Assembly (NCBI RefSeq): GCF_001194135.2
Contig: NC_069000.1
Span: 21,168,050 to 21,226,144 of the forward strand
Length of the DNA: 58,095 nucleotides
Direction of reading: 5' to 3'
Origin: Octopus bimaculoides
Taxonomy: Eukaryota
Numbering within the stretch: the stretch's first letter is position 1; each line of letters starts with the position of its first letter. This document shows, in pieces, positions 1 through 13,800 of the stretch. The notes beneath the pieces are model-generated. The model was not told the DNA's origin, did no database searches, and worked only from the letters and a program-made list of their open reading frames with translations. The position numbers and the translations under genes were made by a program.

Positions 1-139
1 TTAATAGCCCTCTTCTCTTCTCACATATTTTATACTCATTTTTGATAAGGTTTTTCAAAAAAACCGAAACATGTGATGTAAATTAATCAAAACACCCAAA
101 AAATTTTTTTTTAAAGTGGCATTTTCATTTTTATTTATC

Positions 140-210
<71 letters not shown>

Positions 211-266
211 GATATGGTATATAGAACAATAAATAGTATATACATAGAAACTGAAGTGTCACAAAC

Positions 267-386
267 CTCACGATTAAGATGTTCAACAGCATTTTGTTGT
301 ATTTTAGACATTTTTATTTTCTCAGATTCCATCATGCTATTGTCTTCATGCAAACTTTCTTGAGAATCTAGTGACTGCATTAACTC
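267..386 (-). CDS. CEP164: Exon (120 nt, phase 0-0): ELMQSLDSQESLHEDNSMMESEKIKMSKIQQNAVEHLNRE
   Basis: Acceptor ttaactgtag|GAG, donor GAG|gtttgt; overlaps ORF 141..380(-). Confidence 0.85.
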
Positions 387-2518
387 CTACAGTTAAGTAG
401 TAATAAAGTAGAATTAATTAACTTTTACAGTTCTCCACTTACTGACTCTATTCTATTGGATGGATGGATGTATCTGTATACTGACTCAGCTCTGTGTTCA
501 CTAAGCTGCTTATTGTCCTCTGTGTATTTGTATATGATACAGCTAACATGCTTTTTGACAAAACATGTGTCAGACACCAGAAGTATATTTGGTCTTTTAG
601 TCCAAACAATAACTGACTGAAATCCAATCTGTTGGATGGCAGAATTGGAAGAGTACTAGACAAAATACCTTCTAATATTTCGCTGTGTCTCTTTACATTC
701 TGATTTCAGATCTTGCTTTCACTTTTCAGAGATCAATAAAAATAAAAGCAGTCAGGCTCACAATCATGAGGTAGTGAATTTGATTCCTGAACCAGGCTGT
801 GTGTTGTGTTCTTCAGCAAGACACTTTATTTCATATTGCTCCAGTTCACTCAGCTGTAATGAGCTGTGACATCACTGATGCCAAGCTGTATAGGCCTTTG
901 CCTTTCCATTGGGTAAGATCAGTGATGTGGAGAGGAGAGGCTGATATACAAGGGTGACTGCTGGTCATCCATAAACAACCTTGCTTGGACTTGTGCCTCG
1001 GAGGGGAACTTTTTAGGTGTCATCTCATGGTCAGTCGTGATTGAAGGGGGTTTTAACCCTTTACCCTAATTGGTAAAATAAGCACTGGGATTAGTATTAC
1101 TGATTATACCCTAGAAGGCTGTGCCTCAGCTAGGCCATTGTCCAATGAATGAAACTATTAAAGAATAAAAATATATTGCATACTGCAGTTAAACTCTGGA
1201 GGTGATCAGCCCTAACCATCTCCCCTTTCTAGGACAAAAACATTAGGCTATAAGATTAGCTTAGTCATCTTGTAAGGGTCAAAAATTTAAGAAGCATAGA
1301 GTGGAGTAACTGTAAAATATTTTGTTAGTGCGCCTACATGGCATTTACTTATTTCTGATTTGTTGAGTAACAAAATCCACCTTCCATTATTCCATTGTAT
1401 GGAGCTCATTAACAATAGGTTCCAATCAAAGACTTATCTAAACATGCCCATTGCTAAGGGGGCACACTGAACAGCACTGCCCCTCACTATTCAACGGTGC
1501 ACCCTCAAATTTAGAAAGTACAGTTTACAAAATTTTTCCTGCAATACAAATTAGTGCCCACCCAGAATATTCTGAAGCACCCCCAGGCACCAAAGTCAGA
1601 CAATGGGCCTGTATCTAAAGCATCAATGTCATTTCCATATATGGACATGTTAGAATGTACAAATTTGAGTTAGTCGAGTAAAACTACTCGTGAAACCTCA
1701 TTTTGCTTGCTTAAATAAATTCATTATACTTATAGCTAAATTAGAAGGACATGCCCATAACATTCTCCTAGCTATCTGAGATTGATGGGAGAATGTTAAC
1801 CCCACAACTAGTGCTCTGGTTCAAATGCTCACAACAGAATGGGCTTTGTTAAATGTACCCAAAGGTTAGGTGGAAATGTTAAACTGGGCAATAATCCAAT
1901 AACAGAAATCCTCCTTCTGACAGACATCCATATACCTTCATTCACAAGACTTAATTTCATCCAAGTCTGTAACAGAAGACACTTGCCCAAAGTGCTGTGC
2001 AAAAACACTAAACCTGCCACTATTTAAATGCAAAATAGATTTTTTTAACCACATGGTTTTGCTTGCCTCCATATACAGACATATTAAAGTGTACAAATTT
2101 GTGTAAATTGTGTAAGATTTCTTGCAAGACTTCTATTTGCTTAGTTCTAGGAGTTTTCCTATTCTCTATTCTAGGTTAGAATAACTGGTCATTTCTGTAA
2201 TAGTTGGTTTGAGTGAATTGGCTTGTAATTCATCTAACTGGACAACTATTACAACTGGACACAATAACAAGGTTAGTTTCTTTTAATCCTAAGAAGCCAA
2301 CAAATGTGTCACTAAACCAACCAAACTCCAATCTTACCTTTTGATTTAAGGTCTGCATAATTTTTTCTTTCTCTTTTTCATAAATTTTTTGGTTCTCAGA
2401 TTTTAACTTGGACAGTTGGTCATCAAGTTCCTGTTGTACTGATCTTTAACAAACAATGACAAAAGAGAAATAAATTGATAAAATATAATGATGACAGATA
2501 TGTGCATGTGTGTATACA

Positions 2519-2594
<76 letters not shown>

Positions 2595-5500
2595 TGTAGT
2601 TAGTTAATTTGAGGACGTTAAGTCCTCATTAGGAATTATATAAGCCAAAGTATTCCACTGGTTCAATCCGTATCATATAATGATAAAGTTATCTGTATAT
2701 GTTTAGGATTACTGAAATGATTAATATAGAGGGAAAATAAGTAGAAGAAAATGGAGAATAAATGGATGATTTATTTGCATATTGCAGAAAGATGACATTT
2801 TTTTAAAAATCATTAGAAATAAATTGGAAGTTGACAGCTCAAAAAAGTTAAGAAAAAAATGCAAGAACATACATATATGTTTCTGTCAAAACCAATAAGT
2901 AGATAGGAGCTTCCAGACATGTTGCTTAATGTCAAGAAAAAGATATAATGATTACCTAAGTGGAGTTAGCTCTTTTTGAAACTCTGAAAAAGTCCAATTA
3001 TAAAATAGTATGAATGTGGCAATTTTCTTGACGTTAAACATGTTTGGAAAATCCTATCTACTTCTTGGTTTTGACAGAAACATATATGTATGTTCTTCTT
3101 ACGATTTTTCTTGACTTTTTGAGCTTTCAACTTCCAATTTACTTGTACATCTTTCTACAACATGCAAATAAAATCAGTAATTACATCCACTTATTCTCCA
3201 TTTTCTTCTATTAGCTTTTCCCCTTATATATATATATATAATTTAGAGAAAAAAAACACAATTATTTAATTCATCCATGAAAATCTACTATCATATATAG
3301 AAAAAATTAATAAGTAAATACACTATAAAGACCAATAATAAAAATCAAAAAAGTACAAAGTAATAAATATTAAAATAGTAAAAATGACTACACGTGTTTC
3401 ATAACCATATTTTCAAATAGAAAATAAAATAAAAATAAAATCGATTCAAAATAAATCGATCGAAAATAAATTCTATTCAAAAATATAGCTAATCTTTAGG
3501 TCAAAATACAATAATAATAATAAAATCAATGCATATATATCGACTAACAATAAATATCAAATGAATTTATATAAAAATACTTATTTTACCAATAAATAAA
3601 AGAAAAACATTTAACAATATTACTGAAAATAAATTCAATACTTATCTTATTGAAGCTATAGTTTAAACTATAGCTGAGTTTGATGAAATCGACTTTCTCC
3701 CTTCCCCAAAATTGCTGGCCTTGTGCCAAAATTTGAAACTAATATTTAAAGAGGTGTTTAATAGTCTAATATTTAAAGAGGTGATTAATAGTCTAAAAAT
3801 TATAATTTCCTTAATGACTCATCCTAAACATTTAGAGATTCAATTAATTTAAAAGTTATGAAAACCAATTATAAGACATTAAGTTACAACAAAAACTCAA
3901 GTCATACTTGATCCTGTCTTCTTTCTCTTGTTCAATTTTCTCAATTTCTTCAAGTTCTTCTTTCAGAAAGATTGCTTTGAGTTCTTTAACTTTGGTCTCT
4001 TTATTCTAGAATGTAAACATGAACAGACATTACACTCTCAACCACCATTCCATCTATTCCTACCATCAATACAAACTAGATTTCCCACTATTCCCCTGGG
4101 ACCATCATCATCATCATCATCGTCGTCGTTTAACGTTCGCTTTCCATGCTAGCATGGGTTGGACGATTTGACTGAGGACTGGTGAAATCGGATGGCAACA
4201 CCAGGCTCCAATCCAATTTGGCAGAGTTTCTACAGCTGGATGCCCTTCCTAACGCCAACCACTCAGAGAGTTATGTTAATTTATAATAGCCACAGCCTCC
4301 TGGCAGCCAACATTGGAAAATGGAAAATACTTAGACAAAAACATAATGTATAAACACAAGCATTTAATATTTATCATATAAACAAATGATTGATCCTTCA
4401 TTGGTTTCAATGATAAGTAGTCAGTTGTTTCATCAACTGAACTACCTACTCACTGAATTAGCCAACTGACTATTCCAGAAACACATGTACTTGTAATGTA
4501 ATTTTCAGGATGAATCAAGGTGATACAATGGGACAAGGCTGCATATCTAAATTACAAGTACAATCCATCTGCTGAATGTTCTCTCAGTTCCCATCAACTC
4601 AATTTTACACTCACAAGGCCTTTGGTCAGTTTGAGGGTATAATAAAAGATACTATTCAGAATTCAAAATACCACACAATGGGATCAAACCTGAGATTTCA
4701 TAATTACAATGTGCACTTCTTAACCACTGTACCATACTTATGCATCCACAATTTAAACATATATGTAACTTTGTTCGTTTTTTCCCGTCCTTGTTTCTGT
4801 ATACATTCGCTGTTTTCTTCCAAGGAATCTAATGCTCTTAGCTTAGTTTTTCCTTGGGGCTGGCCAAATTGAAGCAATATCAAGAATAACCAGCCGAAAT
4901 TGCAAAGATAATCTGGATCTCGACTGAAGAAAGAAAACTAAGAATGACCCGTCTTTGTTTTCTTTGTATCGTCTATCTGGATGTTTTGTGGTCCCTTTCT
5001 TGTATCACTTAACTATCTGGATGTTTTGTGTTCTTGTCCCATTCTGTATTATATNNNNNNNNNNNNNNNNNNNNNNNNNNNNNNNNNNNNNNNNNNNNNN
5101 NNNNNNNNNNNNNNNNNNNNNNNNNNNNNNNNNNNNNNNNNNNNNNNNNNNNNNNNNNNNNNNNNNNNNNNNNNNNNNNNNNNNNNNNNNNNNNNNNNNN
5201 NNNNNNNNNNNNNNNNNNNNNNNNNNNNNNNNNNNNNNNNNNNNNGTATATGAGGTCAGATCAATAAGTATCCAGACTGTTGCCATAGTAACAAAGTGAA
5301 ACTGCTTAGCAAAGATTGACCTTGATTTCTGCTATGCATGTGCACTAAGTTTTAACATTCTAGCTCACTTTTGCTGTTTACAGCAGTGGTTGGAAGGAAG
5401 GTGTGCAGTGTGTGATCATCACATTGACCATGACAGAGAAAGTGGTTATGACAATACCTGCTCCGAGGCCTATGCAAAGTTGCAGAAAGAGTATGGAGAG

Positions 5501-8500
5501 GAGTGTATGAGCCACACACAAGGAATGGTTCAGAAATTTCAAATATGGCTGAAAATATGTCAATATTGACGAATGTTCTGAAAGACCCACAACCAGCAGA
5601 ACTGAGAAAAACATTGCAGATGTGCATGCAGCTGTGAGGGGAAGTTATTGAATCACCATCAGTGAGTTACCAGAAGATGTGCAGATTAGTTACGGTTCAT
5701 TTCAGGTCATTATCACTGAAGATTTAGGTATGAGATGTGTGTCTGCCAAGTTTGTGCCCAAACTGCTTTCAGCTGACCAAAAAGACACTCAGGTTTCAGT
5801 TGCACAAGATCTCCTTGATTGTGTCGAGAATGATGAAAACTTTTGGAAAACTTTGCATAGGCCTCTGAGCAGGTATCACTAAGCTTTTGGCAAAATCTGA
5901 TGCAGGTTCTCTGCTCAACTTTCTCTGTCATGGTCAACGTGATGATCACTTGCTACACCTTCCTTCCAAGCACTGCTGTAAACAGTGGAAGTGAGCTAGA
6001 ATGTTAGAATTTAGTGCATATGCACAGCAGAATTCAAGGTCAATCTGAGCCAAGTGGCTTCACTCTGCATGCTTTAGCTTCGTTACTATGGCAGAAGTGC
6101 AGATACTTATTGATCAAACCATGTATGTCTGTATATACATGAGAAGACATCAAGGAGATGCATTAATCATAAAACTGCGATAATTTATACACCTGTCCAG
6201 ACTTAGCTATAGTTGATATTTTGAGTTCTTGCACAAGACAAATTACTCATTTCACGCAAGTCTGGCTGGATGACAAATGTTTTGATTCCAGTCTTATGAG
6301 AAATTGATCATTTCCAAATCTGAAAATATCATCTTACTCAAAACCAGCATGAAGGCTGAGGTTGAGTGTTATAAATAAAAAAAAGTAATATAATGGAAGC
6401 TGGTAATAATGATCACTTTAACAATAACATGAAGCAGAGGTTATGATATCTTGAGAAAGTTTGGAACCCACTAATTAGAGTCAGTAGCTTTCAGATCTGG
6501 GGATCAAGGACTCTTTTCAGGTTAAACCACTATTTTTCTCCATTGAGAGGTCACAGCTTTGGTACTTTAGACATGTGGTCAGAATGTCACAGGAAAGGAT
6601 TGCAGACAGATTCTTCAAGTTGAGCTAAGTAGCAGGAGATCTAAGGGTACAGCAAGAGCAAGATGGTTGGATGATATCCATAGTCTCAGATGGTCAGACT
6701 TAAGAATCCAGCAGGAAAATATAATGACAATAGCTTCTGATAGGACCCTGTGAAAGAGGTGCCTAACGACTCTATCCCAATGATCCTCCCAGGAATAGTT
6801 GTGGCCAAAATGGATGGATGGATGGATATTGTTTAGTCCCACGCTAACAACAACTGATTAGAGCTTTGATTAAAGGTATTCCAGTCTTGACCATCCTGTC
6901 TATTTTTCAGTTGTTGTGTATTTTGGATTACTTTATCTAATGTGTATTTCCTTTTGTAAGATGGTAAGGTAGAATTTGAGGAACATTTGGCTATTTTTAA
7001 CAGGTCAAGCAAACATGTAGAGGGTCCCTCATTGATTCATTATAAAAAATAGTTATTTAGCCTCAAGTCAGATCTGATCAACTGACCTAGACATTCCAGC
7101 CATGACCAATTCATTACTTTTATCAAACATACTACACAATTGGTTACATTATTTGATATGAAGGTGGATCAGAAAGTAATGCAAATAAAAATTGCATTAC
7201 TTTCTAACTTACCCTTGTATGTCCTTTTTTAAAGATAGTGGGGTAGGGTTAAAGAAGAATTTTGGCTGCTATGTCTAGCAGCTTAAACAAGCATTTAGAT
7301 GCTCTGTAGTTGGCTCATTATAAAAGTGATAATCAAAGCTGGTATACTTCTCTCATTTCTTCTTTGGCTTTCTCAAGTTCTTTTTCATATTTTTCTCTGA
7401 GTTCTTTCAGTGATTTCTCATGTTTCTGTGCTATTTCTTGCTTCTTTGATTCTAAATCTGTTTCTGAACATTCTTCTGTTGTTTTCTTCATTTCTTCTGG
7501 AAGACTCATTTTTGAAGATTCTTCAGAAGATAACCTAAAGGAAGAAGATGTTGCAGGTTGTTTGGTTAAGTATACTTAGGAAAAATGAGTGCAAGTGCAG
7601 AAATATTGCAACTACTGCAACAACCAATTATAACAATGGATTTAAATTTTGGTCCAAGGCCAGTAATTTTAGGGGTTGGGATGAGCCAAATAGATTGACC
7701 CCAGAGTTCAACTGGTAGTTATTTAATCAACCCTGAAAGGATGAAAGGCAAAGCTGACCTCAGTGGCATTTGAACTCAGTGTAAAGACAGACAAAATGCC
7801 ACTAAGCATTTTATCCAACATGCAAACAATTCAGCCAGCCTGCGACCTTTCAACCAAGTATAATAATAATAAAAATACAAATTATAACACTAACTTTGGG
7901 CTCATTTAATGAATTCTATTTCTAAACAACCTTACCCTCACATTCTCTCTTTTTTTTTATGTACCTGTTAGCTGTTGCTGTTGATACTACCACTACTGGG
8001 ATTTTTGCTGCAACTGCAGCACCTAGTGATGGTGATGTTGGCGTTGGTGTTGGTGACGGTGTCAAGATCTCTTGGATTCTTTTGTTTTCACCTCCAGCAA
8101 CATCAAGAAATGATGGGCTGACTTTCTCTCCAGATTCGTCACGTGCAGTAGATTTCAAAGACAAAGTGCCATCAAAGTCCTACAAACAGAAAGTAAATGA
8201 AATTATTCAATTTAGAAGTAAAGATTCCTAGATCAAATCCGGTCTAAGTACTATGAAAGAAAACGAGATGATAATCAGACACAATTGCTTGTGATTTTCC
8301 TGAGGCTCAGCACTCAAGAAAATCACCCAAATATAAGTTCATGGGGAATTAGGCCTAAACAATGATGTAATTTGTCTGTTGTTTCTTGTTCCTCATAAAC
8401 TGATTTATTGAGAAAGGCTGTGTGGTAAGTAGCTTGCTTACCAACCACATGGTTCCGGGTTCATTCCCACTGCGTGGCACCTTGGGCAAGTGTCTTCTAC

Positions 8501-9536
8501 TATAGCCTCAGGCCGACCAAACCCTTGTGAGTAGATTTGGTAGATGGAAACTGAAAGAAGCCCGTCGTATATATGTGTATATATATANNNNNNNNNNATA
8601 TATATGTATATGTGTGTGTGTTTGTGTGTCTGTGTTTGTCCCCCTAGCATTGCTTGACAACCGATGCTGGTGTGTTTATATCCCCGTCACTTAGCGGTTC
8701 GGCAAAAAAGACCGATAGAATAAGTACTAGGCTTACAAAGAATAAGTCCCGGGGTCGATTTGCTCGACTAAAGGCGGTGCTCCAGCATGGACGCAGTCAA
8801 ATGACTGAAACAAATAAAAGAGGATAAAGGAGAATGAAATGGATAGTGTGAATGTACTTCATTATCAATCCCTCTTACCATCCATTAATGACTTTGGATA
8901 GCTTAGTTTGTTGGTGGTTTTATGACCCTTCCCCATATGCTTTGTACATTCTCTCTCTAATCATCACTGAGACAAGGGAGTCAACATATATTCTTTATGA
9001 GCCAAATCTAAAATGTTAAACTTTAGATTACAATTTTAATTCACCCGAAGAAAATGTTTTATTTTAATCATGAAATGGATTTGTTCATCAATAAAGAAAT
9101 GCATCTGAAACAACTATAGTGAACTTCAGCCCATCTGTGTTCTTATATATATATATATATATATATATCATCATATATATCATCGTATATATATATATAT
9201 ATCATCATGATCATTATATATATCTATATACATACACTCATACACATATAAATAAATAGTAATTTACAAAATAAAAAAAAATCATATTTTAGCATCACAG
9301 GCCCACATGATAACAGATTAAATAGGTTGAAGTTAGAATGAATAATAAAATAGAAAGAATTTCTTCAGCAACAACTCTCCAGTCTCTTTTTCATTAAAGA
9401 AACATATTTACAATTAAGCCATTTTCTTTCTTTTTAACTTACCTTTTCTAACAAATCTCGAAATACGAAGTCAAGATTCTCAATATCCATAATTTTTTCA
9501 GACAGACCTTTGTCAATGCCAAAATCCTAAGAAGTA

Positions 9537-9573
<37 letters not shown>

Positions 9574-10835
9574 GCGAGTAAAAATAAATACAAAAAAGGT
9601 GGGGGTTTTTTGTATGATTGTGTATAGAGGAATATATTATTTTGCTTAAAAGAGTTCCAACATTGTCTGTTTTTTATGTTTTATTTATATTCCTGCAGAA
9701 CTAATGTGGGGTATAGAATATGGAATATACAATATATAATATAATATACAATATACAATATAAAATAAAATAAAATAAAAATGGATGGCACCATGAAAGA
9801 AAGTATTGAATGTAGATGAAATATTGAGTGTTCAATATANNNNNNNNNNNNNNNNNNNNNNNNNNNNNNNNNNNNNNNNNNNNNNNNNNNNNNNNNNNNN
9901 NNNNNNNNNNNNNNNNNNNNNNNNNNNNNNNNNNNNNNNNNNNNNNNNNNNNNNNNNNNNNNNNNNNNNNNNNNNNNNNNNNNNNNNNNNNNNNNNNNNN
10001 NNNNNNNNNNNNNNNNNNNNNNNNNNNNNNNNNNNNNNNNNNNNNNNNNNNNNNNNNNNNNNNNNNNNNNNNNNNNNNNNNNNNNNNNNNNNNNNNNNNN
10101 NNNNNNNNNNNNNNNNNNNNNNNNNNNNNNNNNNNNNNNNNNNNNNNNNNNNNNNNNNNNNNNNNNNNNNNNNNNNNNNNNNNNNNNNNNNNNNNNNNNN
10201 NNNNNNNNNNNNNNNNNNNNNNNNNNNNNNNNNNNNNNNNNNNNNNNNNNNNNNNNNNNNNNNNNNNNNNNNNNNNNNNNNNNNNNNNNNNNNNNNNNNN
10301 NNNNNNNNNNNNNNNNNNNNNNNNNNNNNNNNNNNNNNNNNNNNNNNNNNNNNNNNNNNNNNNNNNNNNNNNNNNNNNNNNNNNNNNNNNNNNNNNNNNN
10401 NNNNNNNNNNNNNNNNNNNNNNNNNNNNNNNNNNNNNNNNNNNNNNNNNNNNNNNNNNNNNNNNNNNNNNNNNNNNNNNNNNNNNNNNNNNNNNNNNNNN
10501 NNNNNNNNNNNNNNNNNNNNNNNNNNNNNNNNNNNNNNNNNNNNNNNNNNNNNNNNNNNNNNNNNNNNNNNNNNNNNNNNNNNNNNNNNNNNNNNNNNNN
10601 NNNNNNNNNNNNNNNNNNNNNNNNNNNNNNNNNNNNNNNNNNNNNNNNNNNNNNNNNNNNNNNNNNNNNNNNNNNNNNNNNNNNNNNNNNNNNNNNNNNN
10701 NNNNNNNNNNNNNNNNNNNNNNNNNNNNNNNNNNNNNNNNNNNNNNNNNNNNNNNNNNNNNNNNNNNNNNNNNNNNNNNNNNNNNNNNNNNNNNNNNNNN
10801 NNNNNNNNNNNNNNNNNNNNNNNNNNNNNNNNNNN

Positions 10836-10880
<45 letters not shown>

Positions 10881-13800
10881 ACATGCATACACACACATGC
10901 ATATGCATAAACATTCACACACATATACATACTTAAACACACACACATGTACATACTTAATTACACACATAAAATTCCACCATTTATTTCTTAATGTGAT
11001 AGTATGTTGACAACTTAATGTGACAATCCCATGAAAGGGAAGAATACTACTGTTATTTAGCCCTATGAAACACCGTTTCCTATTGGACTTGACACATTTC
11101 CTGTGTCCTTATGTTTTCAAAGTGGAGACAAGCCCTCCACCCAGCAAAGCCAGCATCCAGATGTATTATTTCTATTTTCAAAAATCAGTGAATGTATCTC
11201 ACTTGAAATATATACGTTTTCAAGAGCGGATAGGCATCGACAGCTAGCAAGCCATGCTACTCCAGACTGATGACGAGCAATGACTCTGAAACTAGTCTCT
11301 GGAAGCTGGTTTTGCTGGGTGGAGGTGCTTGTCTCCCCTTTTATCATGCTGCTACTGCATAAATCTCTCTAAGAGATTTAGAAATGTATTATTTCCACTT
11401 ATTTCTTATTTAACAAATTCAGCAACCATACTGGTTAGCTATTGTTCTTATGAAATCTCTCTCAGCCATCTAAGTTCTCCAGGACTGGCAGCCAAATCAA
11501 ATATTATGTTGAATGAAGAAATTATCGACCAAAGAATTTATGGTTCTTAACCCATTAAAGACTCTGGCTAAGGCTCGTAACTCTTGACAGTACATTCCGC
11601 TTAGATTTAAATAGGTTGATGCTGTTGTTTAGCCCCGGGTCAGTCCAGACTCAAGCTGACCTATAATCAAAAGCATTCTAGTCCTGACCACCCCATTTTC
11701 AAACATAATGTACCCTGAATTGCATTGTCCTATTTCTTATAGGATGAGTGACCATGCAGAGGATCCCTCATTGACCAGTAAGTGCACCATTAAGGAAAAT
11801 ACACACGTTCCAGAATTTTCCAGTGCTGAGTTCAAAATTGCATATGAGCTCACAGAAGATATTTCTGTAGTTGGTATCATGAAAATTCCCAAGAAACTCC
11901 TTTGCCAAAAGTCTCTTGAAATAAGTTATGACCCAATATTAACAGGACATAATAAAGTGAGAGAATCCCTGGAAAGGAGATAACTGTGACTTTATAGTGG
12001 TTGGTTGCATCTAAATGACAGCATCTCTATGACACAAGGCCAGCACTATGAAGTATGGGGCCCAACTGAAGGATTGTCAGTGGGGGCCCTCTACTCTACA
12101 AAAGCTGAAGATTGATGCTTTATGCTTCATGTAGTACACCAGTCTCGGTCAAAAAGCATTGAAGGCTTGAGGTTCCACCATCAGCCACAATGAAATACAA
12201 AAAAATTATCATAACATCTGCTGGAGCATGAGTATAGGGCCTTCTCTTGCTGTGGGGGCCCTCTCTTGACATGGGGCCCACTCTTGGCACAGGGCCTAAT
12301 TTGAATAAATCTGTCTAATGGGCTTAAAACTGGTTCCATATTACATAACAGTGATATGCACCTTTAAGCAACATATTCAAGTGAAAATTCTGTGTGAGGG
12401 AATTAACAGTGACTTGTTACAATAGCTAAGTGACAGGGTACTTGGGAAAGAGTGATTTGTGATTCAATAGTGACTTGTTACAACATCTAAATGACAAGAC
12501 CCCAGGAAAATTTTCATCTATGCCTCAAAAGTGAGCTCCTATGTAGAAGTGACAGAGTATCAAATGTACTTTGAAACCTTACACCATATTTCTATTCAAA
12601 TACATTGACTTTTTCAATATTAATTTTGAAAATAATAAAGAATTTAATAAACTAACTTTGATAATATTAAGCTGGTGTTTTGGACCATAAGTTAATGTGA
12701 AATTTTGATGGAAGGTTTCAATTTAAGTTATCTTTTAAATAGGAAGAGTTTTTAATCATAGAACCAGGGACAGTTTCAGGCAGTTGACATCAAAAGGATT
12801 AAATAACAGCTTAACTCTTTAGCATTTAATTCAGTTATATCCAATCCAAATATGCTGCCCGTTTTATGTTCAAACTAGCCAGGTCCAGCTTCTCACACCT
12901 ACTCTTCAATCACATCATTGAAATCTTGATTCTACAAGATAATGCTTGATTAATTCCAAATAATGTAAATAAACAAGCTTTGCAGGCACAAGCATGGCTG
13001 TGTGGTAAGAAGCTTGCTTACCAGCCATACCGTTCTGGATTCAGACCCACTGTGTGACACCTTGGGCGAGTGTCTTTTACTATAGCTTCAGGCCGATCGA
13101 AGCCTTGTGAGTGGATTTGGTAGATGGAAACCGAAAGAAGCCCATCATATATATATATATGTATATGTTTGTGTGTGTGACTATGTTTGTCCCCCCACTA
13201 TCACTTGACAACTGATGTTGGTGTGTTTACATCACTGTAACTTAGCAGTTTGGCAAAAGAAACCGATAGAAAGAATAAATCCTGGGGTCGGTTTGTTCCA
13301 CTAAATGTGGTGCTCCAGCATGGTCACAGTCAAATGACTGAAACAAGTAAAAGAATAAAAGAATAAAAACAAGCTTTATATTTGACAGAGTAATCTGAAT
13401 CCTTATGGGTTAATTCATGAAAAACACTCTAGTAAACTACATCAAATCTTGATTTTTTTTTTTCTCTCGGGACTAGGCAGTAAATCTCTAAAAAGGAGGT
13501 ACACAGCAGATCTGATGCCAGCATAAATACAAGTAGTATTTATTTTATTGACTTTAGAAAGAGGAAAAGAAATGTCATCTCCACCCTTAGGTTTAATATT
13601 GATTTCAAATCCAGACATTTAGAGGAAAGGGTAAGTTAATTATGTCAACCCCAGCACTCGACCNNNNNNNNNNNNNNNNNNNNNNNNNNNNNNNNNNNNN
13701 NNNNNNNNNNNNNNNNNNNNNNNNNNNNNNNNNNNNNNNNNNNNNNNNNNNNNNNNNNNNNNNNNNNNNNNNNNNNNNNNNNNNNNNNNNNNNNNNNNNN

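Noticed and set aside
3654-3675. 22-bp palindrome agctatagtttaaactatagct
   Set aside because: It is short and AT-rich, with no supporting context.
4850-4920. Possible fourth hammerhead (ggctgg...ccagcc GAAAT)
   Set aside because: There is no CTGANGA upstream of the stem and no stem I or cleavage triplet.
8416-8480. tRNA genes at SINE heads
   Set aside because: They have A/B-box-like motifs only, with no full cloverleaf, and continue into SINE bodies.
11708-11983. 91-aa plus-strand ORF
   Set aside because: It begins within an interspersed repeat and shows no recognisable family. Part of it could be an upstream exon of the candidate nested gene, but this is unsupported.
12035-12335. GGGCCC-rich segment resembling a hAT MITE
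   Set aside because: I could not define matching TIRs or an 8-bp TSD.
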